This document shows, one piece after another, positions 18,732-28,010 of a DNA stretch of 64,000 nt. This DNA is from Candidatus Sungiibacteriota bacterium (GTDB lineage Bacteria; Patescibacteriota; Minisyncoccia; Sungbacterales; JACQCQ01), in contig JACQCQ010000009.1 of the NCBI GenBank assembly GCA_016201505.1, positions 1,991 through 65,990 on the forward strand, in the 5' to 3' direction. The notes under the pieces are model-generated. The model was not told where the DNA came from, ran no database searches, and was given only the letters and a program-made list of their open reading frames with translations. A program made the position numbers and the translations under genes. Position 1 is the stretch's first letter. Each line of letters begins with the position of its first letter.

Positions 18732-19304
18732 ATGGCCAAAAAAGGCTACGTGACGTTCCCGAAGAAGAAACGTAACAGTAAGTCGAGAGAACCTCTCTCG
18801 AGGGCGGTCGCTGCTGTGTTGGATCCGATTCTCGTCGAGGCTCGTTCAGTCGATGAGGCGAAGTACCATGTCGTGCCGCTTGGGGCCGGTGATACGGCCG
18901 CGTCGCTGGCGCTCGCATATAAGGTCGCACTCGAGGCTTCCCGAGCCACTGGCGTCGTCCTTGAGGCCGCGAAAGCCAAACTTTTCGCGGCCTTTGTCCA
19001 GAAGGGATGGAAAGAGTTCCCGGTCTCACCAGGGGTGGCCTTCAAGGTAACGACTCCCGATGTGGTCTACGTGGATACCGAAGAGCTCCCGCATCTCGGC
19101 GAGCCGATGCACATCGCGCTCACTCGTTCTGCTCGTGTTATTGATCTCGAGAAGGTCGCAAGAGCACTCGTCGAGAAGGACTCACGGGTGACGCATTTGA
19201 CGTCGGGGCAACGGGAGCAACTCATTGTCGTCGAGTGTAAGATGCAAGTCAGCGGGGGTGGCGACAAGGAGTCGCCCCTTGAAGAGCTGGATGAGCTGGG
19301 ATAG
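18732..19304 (+). CDS. Hypothetical protein
   Basis: GGAGGAGG SD, 190-aa ORF, downstream hairpin. Confidence 0.6.
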   Translation: MAKKGYVTFPKKKRNSKSREPLSRAVAAVLDPILVEARSVDEAKYHVVPLGAGDTAASLALAYKVALEASRATGVVLEAAKAKLFAAFVQKGWKEFPVSPGVAFKVTTPDVVYVDTEELPHLGEPMHIALTRSARVIDLEKVARALVEKDSRVTHLTSGQREQLIVVECKMQVSGGGDKESPLEELDELG

Positions 19305-19364
19305 TTCAGCTAGACCCCGCAGTCCCGCCGCCGGCGGGACTGCGGGATATATTTTTTAGGCGCA

Positions 19365-19430
19365 CCCCGCGAGAAAATTTTCGCGTTCGATTTTTGATAA
19401 GCATAATTGAGGTTTAATTTTCTCGCGGGG
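19365..19430. mobile_element. Hairpin element upstream of recG
   Basis: Perfect inverted repeat CCCCGCGAGAAAATT...AATTTTCTCGCGGGG. Confidence 0.6.
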
Positions 19431-19442
19431 TATACTTTTTAT

Positions 19443-21584
19443 ATGTTGACAGCGGAAACGCCAATCGAAAAATTGCCGAAGGTAATTCCGGCACTCGCTA
19501 AACGGCTGCATCACCTGGGCATTAAAACCGTTCGCGACCTCTTATTTCATTTTCCCGCCCGCTATGATGATTTTACAAATGTAAAATCCATCGGCGATTT
19601 GACAATCGGCGAAATTGCGACCATTTCAGGCCGCATTAAAAAAATTTCATCAACCCGCGCCTGGCGCCGCCGTATGTCCATTACGGAGGCGATTGTCGAA
19701 GATGATTTAGATTCGATACGCGTCATTTGGTTTAATCAGCCCTACCTCGTCAAAACCTTGCCGGTTGGTTCGCGAGTGAGTCTGGCGGGAAAATTAACCA
19801 CATCCAAGCGCGGCGAATATTTTGCCAACCCAGCATATGAAAAAATCGGAATGTCAGACGGCCTGCGGCATACCGGCGGATGGGTGCCCATTTATCCCGA
19901 GACGACTGGGCTTACCTCGCGCTGGATTCGGTTTCTGATGCGTGAAGTCGCCCCCGTTATAAAAAAAATTCCCGATCCCTTGCCGTCGGCCTTGCTTAAA
20001 AAAAGCACCTTACTTCCGCTTGAGCGCGCGCTTAGTAAAATCCATTTTCCTGAATCAAAAGACGAGTACGAAGAAGCTCGCAAGCGCTTCGCCTTCGAGG
20101 ATATTTTATTGATTCAGCTGCGCGTGTTGATGTCCAAAAAACAACTGGAAGAAAAAAAAGCGCCGCCGATTCCTTTAGGCCTCGAAGAAATTAAAAAGTT
20201 TATCGCCTCTCTCCCGTTCTCCTTAACCGATGGCCAACGCCGGGCCGCCTGGGACATCATGCGGGACACGGCAAAATCGGTGCCCATGAACCGCCTGCTG
20301 GAAGGCGATGTCGGATCGGGAAAAACCGTTGTGGCCGCGCTCACCTCGTTTAATGCCATCAGGTCCGGCTACCAGGTGGCCTATCTCGCGCCAACCGAAA
20401 TCCTGGCCATCCAGCATTTTAATACCTTAAGGCACTGGCTCTCTCCGTTTGGCGTTTACGTGGGTCTCCTGACAGCGGCGCATAAAAAATTTATTTCAGA
20501 TTACGGCGAGAGAGACCGAGTAAGCATCAGGAGCATGACCGAGGCGGGCGAAATTCCTATGCTGATCGGAACCCAGGCGGTGATCCAAGACGGCGTCAAA
20601 TTTAAAAACTTGGGTCTCGTGATTGTTGACGAACAGCACCGCTTCGGGGTCGCACAACGCGCCAAGCTGCTTCGGCAAAAGCAAACAGGCAATAGCCAAG
20701 AGGACTATTCCCCATCCCTCATCCCCCATTTTCTCTCCATGACGGCAACGCCCATCCCGCGAACTCTCGCGCTTACCATTTACGGCGATCTCGATGTTTC
20801 AATTTTAAATCAAGTCCCTCAAGGACGAAAGCCGATTGTGACCAAAATTGTGCCGGAAGAGAAAAGAAGCGCCTGCTATCAATTCATCCGAGACGAGGTG
20901 CATCGCGGCCGCCAAGTTTTTGTTATTTGTCCCAGAATTGAATTAAACGAGGAAATGGGAAATGGGAAATGGGAAATGGGAAATGTTTTGCGAGAAGAGG
21001 TGAAAGCCGTCAAAACCGAGTATGAAAAATTATCAAAACAAATTTTCCCTGACTTAAAAGTCGCCATGCTCCACGGCAAAATGAAATCAAAAGAGAAAGA
21101 AAATGTTATGCGCGATTTTAAAGAGGGAAAATCGGATGTCTTGATTTCAACTTCAGTGATTGAAGTTGGTGTCGATGTGCCGAATGCCACGATTATGTTA
21201 ATTGACGGAGCGGAAAAATTCGGGCTGGCGCAAATTCATCAGTTCCGCGGCCGGGTGGGCAGAGCCTCGCATCAGTCGTATTGTTTTTTAATGACCGGCT
21301 CAAGGGCCGCAGCAGAATCACAACGCTTAAAAGCCTTGGTTACTGCCAAAAATGGATTTGAACTGGCCGAAAAAGATCTCGCCATCCGCGGCCCCGGAGA
21401 TTTTTTGGGCACGCGCCAATCCGGCATCCCGCCCTTTGCTTATAAAAGTTTTAATGATCTGGAACTGGTTCAATCATCTCGCGATGCGGCGCGGGAGATT
21501 ATCGAGAAAGATCCGAAACTGGAGAGGCACGTCGCGCTGCAGAAAAATCTGGTGAAATTTGAAGAGACCGTGCACTTTGAATAA
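19443..21584 (+). CDS. recG: ATP-dependent DNA helicase RecG
   Basis: GDVGSGKT, DEQH, MTATPIPR, QFRGRVGR. Confidence 0.97.
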   Translation: MLTAETPIEKLPKVIPALAKRLHHLGIKTVRDLLFHFPARYDDFTNVKSIGDLTIGEIATISGRIKKISSTRAWRRRMSITEAIVEDDLDSIRVIWFNQPYLVKTLPVGSRVSLAGKLTTSKRGEYFANPAYEKIGMSDGLRHTGGWVPIYPETTGLTSRWIRFLMREVAPVIKKIPDPLPSALLKKSTLLPLERALSKIHFPESKDEYEEARKRFAFEDILLIQLRVLMSKKQLEEKKAPPIPLGLEEIKKFIASLPFSLTDGQRRAAWDIMRDTAKSVPMNRLLEGDVGSGKTVVAALTSFNAIRSGYQVAYLAPTEILAIQHFNTLRHWLSPFGVYVGLLTAAHKKFISDYGERDRVSIRSMTEAGEIPMLIGTQAVIQDGVKFKNLGLVIVDEQHRFGVAQRAKLLRQKQTGNSQEDYSPSLIPHFLSMTATPIPRTLALTIYGDLDVSILNQVPQGRKPIVTKIVPEEKRSACYQFIRDEVHRGRQVFVICPRIELNEEMGNGKWEMGNVLREEVKAVKTEYEKLSKQIFPDLKVAMLHGKMKSKEKENVMRDFKEGKSDVLISTSVIEVGVDVPNATIMLIDGAEKFGLAQIHQFRGRVGRASHQSYCFLMTGSRAAAESQRLKALVTAKNGFELAEKDLAIRGPGDFLGTRQSGIPPFAYKSFNDLELVQSSRDAAREIIEKDPKLERHVALQKNLVKFEETVHFE
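20951..20985 (+). repeat. (GGAAATG)x5 perfect tandem repeat inside recG
   Basis: Read directly from the sequence. Confidence 0.95.
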
Positions 21585-21594
21585 TGAGGTTTTA

Positions 21595-23187
21595 TCAAAT
21601 AGTGGCAGGCGTTTCTGTCCGCGACAATCTAACTTTTGGTGTCACCCAAAACCCCATGTAGCGCCCCAGCATGAGCCGCGTTTCGGCATCAATTCCCGGG
21701 ATTGAACCAAACACAATGAGCGTTATCGGAATCAAAACCCACTGAAGCGCAATCCAGAGATAGTGACGCGGGGAGCGATGCGCGGGCCGCGGCGGCAGAA
21801 GTTTTAATGAATATATGGCAGAAGTTATCATGCCGATGGAGGCAAGCGTCATGAGATAGCGCGTAATCCGCGGCAGGTTGTAGGCCAGCACCGAGACTTC
21901 AAATTTGTGCCCGCCGATTACAATCGGCAGCCAGCCGAGCAAAAAAATCATCAGCGCGTTTGTGCCGATTGACCAGAAGCCCTCGATTTGATTAAAACCA
22001 AAGAACAATTTTTTGGAGAATGGAATTTTTTTGTTTTTTACGAAACCGAATAAAAGATAAGGCACGTTTTCCACTCCCCAAATCCAGCGGCGCTGCTGGC
22101 GGTAGACATTTTTGACGGTCTCATATGTTGTTGGTGCCAGATTCGCGTCCATCGAAACGGGATAATACAACGGGACGACTTCATAGTTGCCGTCATAATA
22201 CATAAGCGCTTGCCAGAAGATGCGCGAGTCCTCCGAGACCATATTGGTGTGCCAATAATTCATTTCGGCGAGGGGTGAGAGCGGAATCGAGTGCGAGGAA
22301 AACGTGGCCAGGCGCTCCGGCCGGGCTTGTTGCATCATCTGCCAAAACGTGCCGGATGTGGCGACAACTCGCGAAAAGGCCGACGCGTCCCAGACGTTGT
22401 TGTTGTAGACCGGAATCGGCTGGAATGACGAGTAGAGAGGTTTTCGAGCCGTGATATATGAATACGTGAGTATGCCGAAATATTCCGGGTAGACTTCGGT
22501 ATCAACATCAAATGAGGAAACCAGGACGTGCTGATAAGGGATATGATTTCTATCGATCAGTTCGGGTATGGCGGTTTTGGCCGCATATGATTCGTTTGAA
22601 CCCTTGCCGGGAATCTCACCGGCCAGGTTCGCCGGATGCTTTGTAACGAGAATTGAGCCAAAGTGCTTGGAAAATTCATTTTTGGCGCGGATGGCATCGG
22701 CTTCCGCCTCCTGCCCGGCCCGCTCCTCGGCCGCGAGAACTATAAAAAAGTTCTCCAGCGGATAATTTGATTTTACTATTGCGTCCAGCCCGCCCTTTAA
22801 AACTTCATAGGGTTCTTTATAGAAGGGAATGATGATAAGCTGTTTGATTTCGCGCCAGTCCGAAACCTGAAGTTCAGCCGCGTATTGACGGGGTACAAGC
22901 GCATCTAATTTTTCCCTCCAATTAATTTTTAGGTTCTTCTGCATTTCGTTAAATGAGTGACGCAGATGGAGCGAGAGAAAAATAGTTTTGAGTAGCCAAT
23001 AAATGTCAAAGGCAATGATGAAAAAGCTGGCGCCAATCGGGAAAAAGTATGAGGCGAGCACAGTGCCCGCAAGTGTCGCCCACATTAAAACCCCGGGCAA
23101 GATTTCAAAAAACCGGAATAGGGCGTAGTCGCCCGGTTTTTCAAAATCCGGCGCGTGAGCCGCTTTGAGATACCACTTTTCTTCCAT
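21595..23187 (-). CDS. Glycosyltransferase family 2, membrane-bound, processive type
   Basis: DVD, SED and QQRRW motifs with TM helices. Confidence 0.85.
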   Translation of the reverse strand: MEEKWYLKAAHAPDFEKPGDYALFRFFEILPGVLMWATLAGTVLASYFFPIGASFFIIAFDIYWLLKTIFLSLHLRHSFNEMQKNLKINWREKLDALVPRQYAAELQVSDWREIKQLIIIPFYKEPYEVLKGGLDAIVKSNYPLENFFIVLAAEERAGQEAEADAIRAKNEFSKHFGSILVTKHPANLAGEIPGKGSNESYAAKTAIPELIDRNHIPYQHVLVSSFDVDTEVYPEYFGILTYSYITARKPLYSSFQPIPVYNNNVWDASAFSRVVATSGTFWQMMQQARPERLATFSSHSIPLSPLAEMNYWHTNMVSEDSRIFWQALMYYDGNYEVVPLYYPVSMDANLAPTTYETVKNVYRQQRRWIWGVENVPYLLFGFVKNKKIPFSKKLFFGFNQIEGFWSIGTNALMIFLLGWLPIVIGGHKFEVSVLAYNLPRITRYLMTLASIGMITSAIYSLKLLPPRPAHRSPRHYLWIALQWVLIPITLIVFGSIPGIDAETRLMLGRYMGFWVTPKVRLSRTETPATI

Positions 23188-23188
23188 G

Positions 23189-23260
23189 TGCGCGCGCTAG
23201 GATTCGAACCTAGGACCCACTGTGTATAAGACAGTTGCTCTACCGCTGAGCTACGCGCGC
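23189..23260 (-). tRNA. tRNA-Ile(TAT)
   Basis: Full cloverleaf; ACTGT-CTTATAC-ACAGT. Confidence 0.92.
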
Positions 23261-23352
23261 CAATCAAGAATCAAGAATGATGAATTATGGATACTATAAA
23301 GCCAGCGGGCCGTCTACCCATGATGCTTGATTCTGTATCCTCGATTCTTTTC

Positions 23353-25176
23353 CTAGGCGCGAGCCGCGACTAACGTATTAAACTCATCCTGTTCGATGGT
23401 TTCTGTTTCAATCAAGCGCCTGGCAATTTTATCGAGGATGGATCGGCGTTTTACAATAATATCTTTGGCGCGCTTTAAGGCTTTGCCTAAGAGGTTTTTT
23501 ACTTCGCTATCAATCAGTTCCGCCGTGGCTTCCGAATAATTTTTCGGACTCGATATGTCTTTACCCAAGAAGGTAAGCTCGGGCGCATCAGTAAATGAAA
23601 GCGGCCCCAACTTCTCCGACATGCCGTATTTGGTGACCAAGGCACGGGCTAAATCGGTTGCTTTCTGAAGATCACTATGAGGTCCGGTGGTTAATTCTTT
23701 AAAAACTAAAAGTTCGGCCGCATACCCGCCTAAGTCCACCGCTAACTCATCCAAGAAATGCGGCCGCGAGAAGAGATGCCGATCTTCGCTCGGCAATTTT
23801 AAGGTGTATCCCGCGGCGCGGCCGCGGGCGACAATCGAGACTTTGTGCACCGGATCGGCGTTCGGCAGTGAAGCGGCAACCAGCGCATGTCCGGCTTCGT
23901 GATAGGCCGAGATTTCTTTTTCTTTTTCTGAAAGCAAATGACTTTTTCGTTCTGGGCCGAGCAAGACTTTTTCAATCGATGAAATTAAATCCAGTTGGGC
24001 GATGACGGTACGATTGGCGCGGGCCGCTAAAATCGCGGCTTCATTGACCAAGTTTGAAAGATCGGCCCCCGCAAATCCGGGTGTCCTCTCGGCAATTTTT
24101 CGTAACGCCACATCCGGCGCCAATTTTTTGTTTTTAGCGTGAATGGCTAAAATTTCTTCGCGATCATTAATATCCGGAAGATCGAGGATGACGCGCCGAT
24201 CGAACCGGCCCGGCCGCAAAAGCGCAGGATCCAAAACATCCGGCCGGTTGGTCGCTGCCATTACGATCACGGATTCATTGGTTTCAAATCCATCCATTTC
24301 GACTAGAATCTGATTTAAGGTTTGTTCTCTTTCATCATGTCCCCCGCCGACGCCGGTGCCGCGATGTCGTCCGACGGCGTCAATCTCATCAACGAAGATA
24401 ATCGAAGGGGCTGATTTTTTGGCGAGTTTAAACAAATCGCGAACGCGCGCGGCACCCACGCCGACAAACATCTCGACAAACTCGGATCCGGAAAGATGGA
24501 AAAAAGGCACGCCGGCCTCTCCGGCCACCGCGCGGGCCAGCAAGGTCTTCCCCGTTCCGGGCGCACCCATTAAAAGGACGCCTCGCGGAATCCGCGCGCC
24601 AATATCAAAAAACTTTTTGGGACTCTTCAAAAAGTCAACGATCTCAACTAATTCTTCTTTGGCTTCTTTGGCCCCCGCGACATCCTTAAACATGACGCGT
24701 TCTTTGGCATCATCCGGCGAAATGACGCGGGCTCTCGTTTGGCCGAATGAGAAGGCTTGCATGCCGCCTTGTTTTAATTGGCGCGCCGAAAACCAGATGA
24801 AAAAGGCGATTAAGAGCACCGGGCCGGCAATCGGGATGATGACCGAAAGCCAGAGCGAAAGTGTGCTTGCGCCTTTTACATCCAGCTGAATTTGGCCAAG
24901 CTTCTCCGGGTTGACACTGTAATTTTTCAAAGTTTCGGTGAATCCGGCCTCTGACTCTTTCCGGGAAACTTCAACCGAGCCGTCTTTTTTGGTCGCCTCA
25001 ATATCATTGTCCTGGACGACAATTTTCTGAATCTCCCCGCCGTTAATCTGCTGAACCAATTGCGAAAGCGAGACCTCCGGTTTTGGTTTAAAAGGATTGG
25101 CAAGCAATGCATACAGACCCGATAAAATCATCAGGATCAGCAAGGCGTAGACAAATTGTTTGGAGAATTGTTTCAT
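23353..25176 (-). CDS. ftsH: ATP-dependent zinc metalloprotease FtsH
   Basis: [20 protein letters not shown]. Confidence 0.98.
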   Translation of the reverse strand: MKQFSKQFVYALLILMILSGLYALLANPFKPKPEVSLSQLVQQINGGEIQKIVVQDNDIEATKKDGSVEVSRKESEAGFTETLKNYSVNPEKLGQIQLDVKGASTLSLWLSVIIPIAGPVLLIAFFIWFSARQLKQGGMQAFSFGQTRARVISPDDAKERVMFKDVAGAKEAKEELVEIVDFLKSPKKFFDIGARIPRGVLLMGAPGTGKTLLARAVAGEAGVPFFHLSGSEFVEMFVGVGAARVRDLFKLAKKSAPSIIFVDEIDAVGRHRGTGVGGGHDEREQTLNQILVEMDGFETNESVIVMAATNRPDVLDPALLRPGRFDRRVILDLPDINDREEILAIHAKNKKLAPDVALRKIAERTPGFAGADLSNLVNEAAILAARANRTVIAQLDLISSIEKVLLGPERKSHLLSEKEKEISAYHEAGHALVAASLPNADPVHKVSIVARGRAAGYTLKLPSEDRHLFSRPHFLDELAVDLGGYAAELLVFKELTTGPHSDLQKATDLARALVTKYGMSEKLGPLSFTDAPELTFLGKDISSPKNYSEATAELIDSEVKNLLGKALKRAKDIIVKRRSILDKIARRLIETETIEQDEFNTLVAARA

Positions 25177-25234
25177 TTTTATTTTTAATCCACCGCTCCC
25201 CTTTCCCCATTTCCCATTCTCTATTCCCTATTTC

Positions 25235-26425
25235 CTATTCTGCGGTTGCCTCAAGACGAGACGCCGTCGTTTCATCTACGGGGGCAGCTGCCTCCGCTGC
25301 TTTTGGCGCGAGAAAGCCCTCAAGCGCCAGCGAAAGCCGATGTTCCGGGATATCAATCGAGACGATTTTGAAGTCGTAGGTTTTGCCAAGCTCCAAGACT
25401 TCGCGCATTTTGGTGCGTGTCCCGAATTCGGAGATGTGGGCCAGTCCCTGGATCGTCTCGTCAATCTGGACAAATGCGCCGTAGGGATTAAATTTGGTCA
25501 CTTTGCCTGAAATAATTTCACCCTTTTTATACTTCTCACCGGCGGCAATCCAAGGGTCAGGTGTTAGGGCTTTCAATGATAACGAAATTTTATCGCCCTC
25601 GATATCAATAATTTTAGCCTGCTTTTTCTCGCCGACTTTCAGCACCGCTTTCGGGTCTTCAATCAGCTGCCAGTCAATTTCCGAGATATGAATCAGACCC
25701 TCAAGCCCGTCGTCAAATTTCATGAAGGCGCCGAAGTTAACCACACCGGTAATTTCACCCTCGACCGTGTCGCCTTTGGCATATTTTGCAAGTTTCTCTT
25801 TCATTTCAGCCGAATCACTATCACGTTCGGAGAAAATCAGTTTATTTTCATACGGATTTACATCCAAAATTTTCACTTTCAACTCTTGGTTCATAAATTT
25901 CTGCAGTTCGGCAAGGATGCGCTCTTTGTCGCCGTTTTCGACTCTCGGGTAGTGCTTTAAGGCAAGCTGTGAGACGGGCAAAAATCCGCGCACGCCGTGA
26001 AGCTCTAAAATCAGTCCGCCGCGGTTAGCTTCTTTCACCGGAAGTGATAAAACTTCGCCCGCTTGCATCTTGTCTTTTAAGTCACGCCAGGACTTTTCGC
26101 GCCCGGCTTCTTTTAAGGAAAGTTCAACGTAGCCCTCGTCATTATCCAGTTCGACGACTTTCGCCGTAACCAGGCTGTCGGGCTCGATATTCTTGATGAT
26201 GTCTTGGGCTTCATAATATTCGCGGCCGTAGATAATGCCCGTGCCGCGAACGCCAAGATCGATAAAGAGTTTGGCACCTTTTTTCTCGATGGCCGTGCCC
26301 TCGACAATCTCGCCGACTTTCGGCACGTTTAAAAAGTCACCGCGTGACTTGAGCATATTCTCCATCGGATGACGGATGGCGCTCGCCACCGCCGTCTTCC
26401 CATCTTCGGCTGTTTCGTCGTTCAT
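25235..26425 (-). CDS. rpsA: 30S ribosomal protein S1 (four S1 domains)
   Basis: Repeated FGAF / GL-x-HISE S1 motifs. Confidence 0.93.
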   Translation of the reverse strand: MNDETAEDGKTAVASAIRHPMENMLKSRGDFLNVPKVGEIVEGTAIEKKGAKLFIDLGVRGTGIIYGREYYEAQDIIKNIEPDSLVTAKVVELDNDEGYVELSLKEAGREKSWRDLKDKMQAGEVLSLPVKEANRGGLILELHGVRGFLPVSQLALKHYPRVENGDKERILAELQKFMNQELKVKILDVNPYENKLIFSERDSDSAEMKEKLAKYAKGDTVEGEITGVVNFGAFMKFDDGLEGLIHISEIDWQLIEDPKAVLKVGEKKQAKIIDIEGDKISLSLKALTPDPWIAAGEKYKKGEIISGKVTKFNPYGAFVQIDETIQGLAHISEFGTRTKMREVLELGKTYDFKIVSIDIPEHRLSLALEGFLAPKAAEAAAPVDETTASRLEATAE

Positions 26426-26435
26426 CTGGTTGACT

Positions 26436-26505
26436 GCTGGCTACGATCTACAGACTACGGCGTGAGTTGCAGTAGTCGGTAGTCAGTTTGCTGTAGACCG
26501 TACTA
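26436..26505. repeat. Heptamer hairpin repeat just upstream of rpsA
   Basis: ctacgatctacagactacgg...gtagtcggtagtc...gtagaccgta. Confidence 0.7.
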
Positions 26506-26871
26506 CTATATGGAATAGACGCCTTCATGTAAAGTCTCTGGCGCACCATTTTTCTTCACGCCTCCATTTTTTAAGCTCGCCTGCGGCGAGCTTCTAAAGA
26601 TCCCACCGCCAGCCCGATGAAGAAAAATGGCGCGCTTGGATGAGGGCCTACCGAAAGTAGCGCTTCACGCTTTGCTGGACTTTCAGAGAGAATCGGATAA
26701 AAAATGCTGGTAGTGAAAATTATGCCTATTACAGTGACAGATGGACCGACCAGTTCATAACTTTTTTGTCAGTCAATTTCGACCTTTTCAGCTCTTCAAA
26801 AACGGCTCAAAAAATGCTAAAATACTTGAGTTATCATTGAAAATTTAGCCTTTATCCTTCAGCCTTTCCGT

Positions 26872-27537
26872 ATGGTTATCTCCTGGTACGGCCAGTCTTC
26901 GTTTAAGATTCAATCCGGGGAGCTCGTGATTGCGACCGACCCCTATCATAAAGAAATTGGACTTACTCCGCCTCGCTTCAAGGCGGATATTGTTGTCGTA
27001 ACCCACGAGCATCCGGACCACAACAATATAGAAACGATACCCCAGGCCGGCGAGGCGGAGGGCGCATTTATCGTAAGAGGCCCCGGCGACTACGAAATCA
27101 AGGGAGTGACCATCACCGGCATTGAGACCTTCCATGATAAGGTGAGTGGGAAAGAACGCGGAGCCAATACCGCCTATATCATTGAGTTAGAAAATATTCG
27201 GCTCTTGCATCTAGGAGACTTCGGCGAGGCCAAGCTGCGGCCGGAGACAATTGATGCCCTCGGTGAAATCGATATTCTCTTGGTGCCGGTTGGCGGGACA
27301 TATACCATTGACGCTGAAGAAGCGGCAGAAATCGCCTCTCAAGTCGAACCAAAAGTTGTCATTCCGATGCACTATAAAATTCCCGGGCTTAAAGTAAATT
27401 TGGCGCCCGTGGATACATTTTTAAAAGAAATGGGGGCGAAGTCAGCCGAAGTCGAAGATCGGCTCACGATCAAAAAGAAAGATCTGGCCGAAGATGAGAG
27501 CGCAAAAGTCGTTGTCTTAAAACCAGTCAATTCATAA
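26872..27537 (+). CDS. MBL-fold metallo-hydrolase
   Basis: THEHPDH, HLGD, IPMHY. Confidence 0.9.
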   Translation: MVISWYGQSSFKIQSGELVIATDPYHKEIGLTPPRFKADIVVVTHEHPDHNNIETIPQAGEAEGAFIVRGPGDYEIKGVTITGIETFHDKVSGKERGANTAYIIELENIRLLHLGDFGEAKLRPETIDALGEIDILLVPVGGTYTIDAEEAAEIASQVEPKVVIPMHYKIPGLKVNLAPVDTFLKEMGAKSAEVEDRLTIKKKDLAEDESAKVVVLKPVNS

Positions 27538-27544
27538 CCCGGGC

Positions 27545-27988
27545 ATGAAATCATTTTTTTCGTTTATCGAATCATTGCGAAACAAGCCCGAGCCCGTGCG
27601 CTGGGCGGCGGTTTTCGGTATCACCGCGGTTTTGAGTATTTTGCTTATTTTCGGCTGGATCTCAAGCGTGAAGCAAAAATTTACGCCTATGAATCCAGTT
27701 GATTTGATTGCCATTTTAGAAACGAAAAGCCAAGTAGCCGCCGAGCCAAAACCCGCCGAACCGTCTTTTTTTGATAATCTCTCGGAGACTTTTTCGAGTC
27801 TCTTGGGAAAAACGGCCGGGCTCTCGGCCGTCCACGAGGGCATCGTCAATGAAAAGCCAGCGCGCGTCGAGACGGTCGCTGCGGTTTCCGCTCCGGGGTT
27901 TATGGCCCGTCTCGTGACAGTCGTTCAATATAATGTAGGAATTATGATGGAGATGTTTCGGAGCTTCGGCAAGTCGTTCAAGTTTTAA
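27545..27988 (+). CDS. Hypothetical membrane-anchored protein
   Basis: Operonic position; single TM. Confidence 0.65.
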   Translation: MKSFFSFIESLRNKPEPVRWAAVFGITAVLSILLIFGWISSVKQKFTPMNPVDLIAILETKSQVAAEPKPAEPSFFDNLSETFSSLLGKTAGLSAVHEGIVNEKPARVETVAAVSAPGFMARLVTVVQYNVGIMMEMFRSFGKSFKF

Positions 27989-28010
27989 GATTGAGAAATC
28001 TCGTTGAGTC

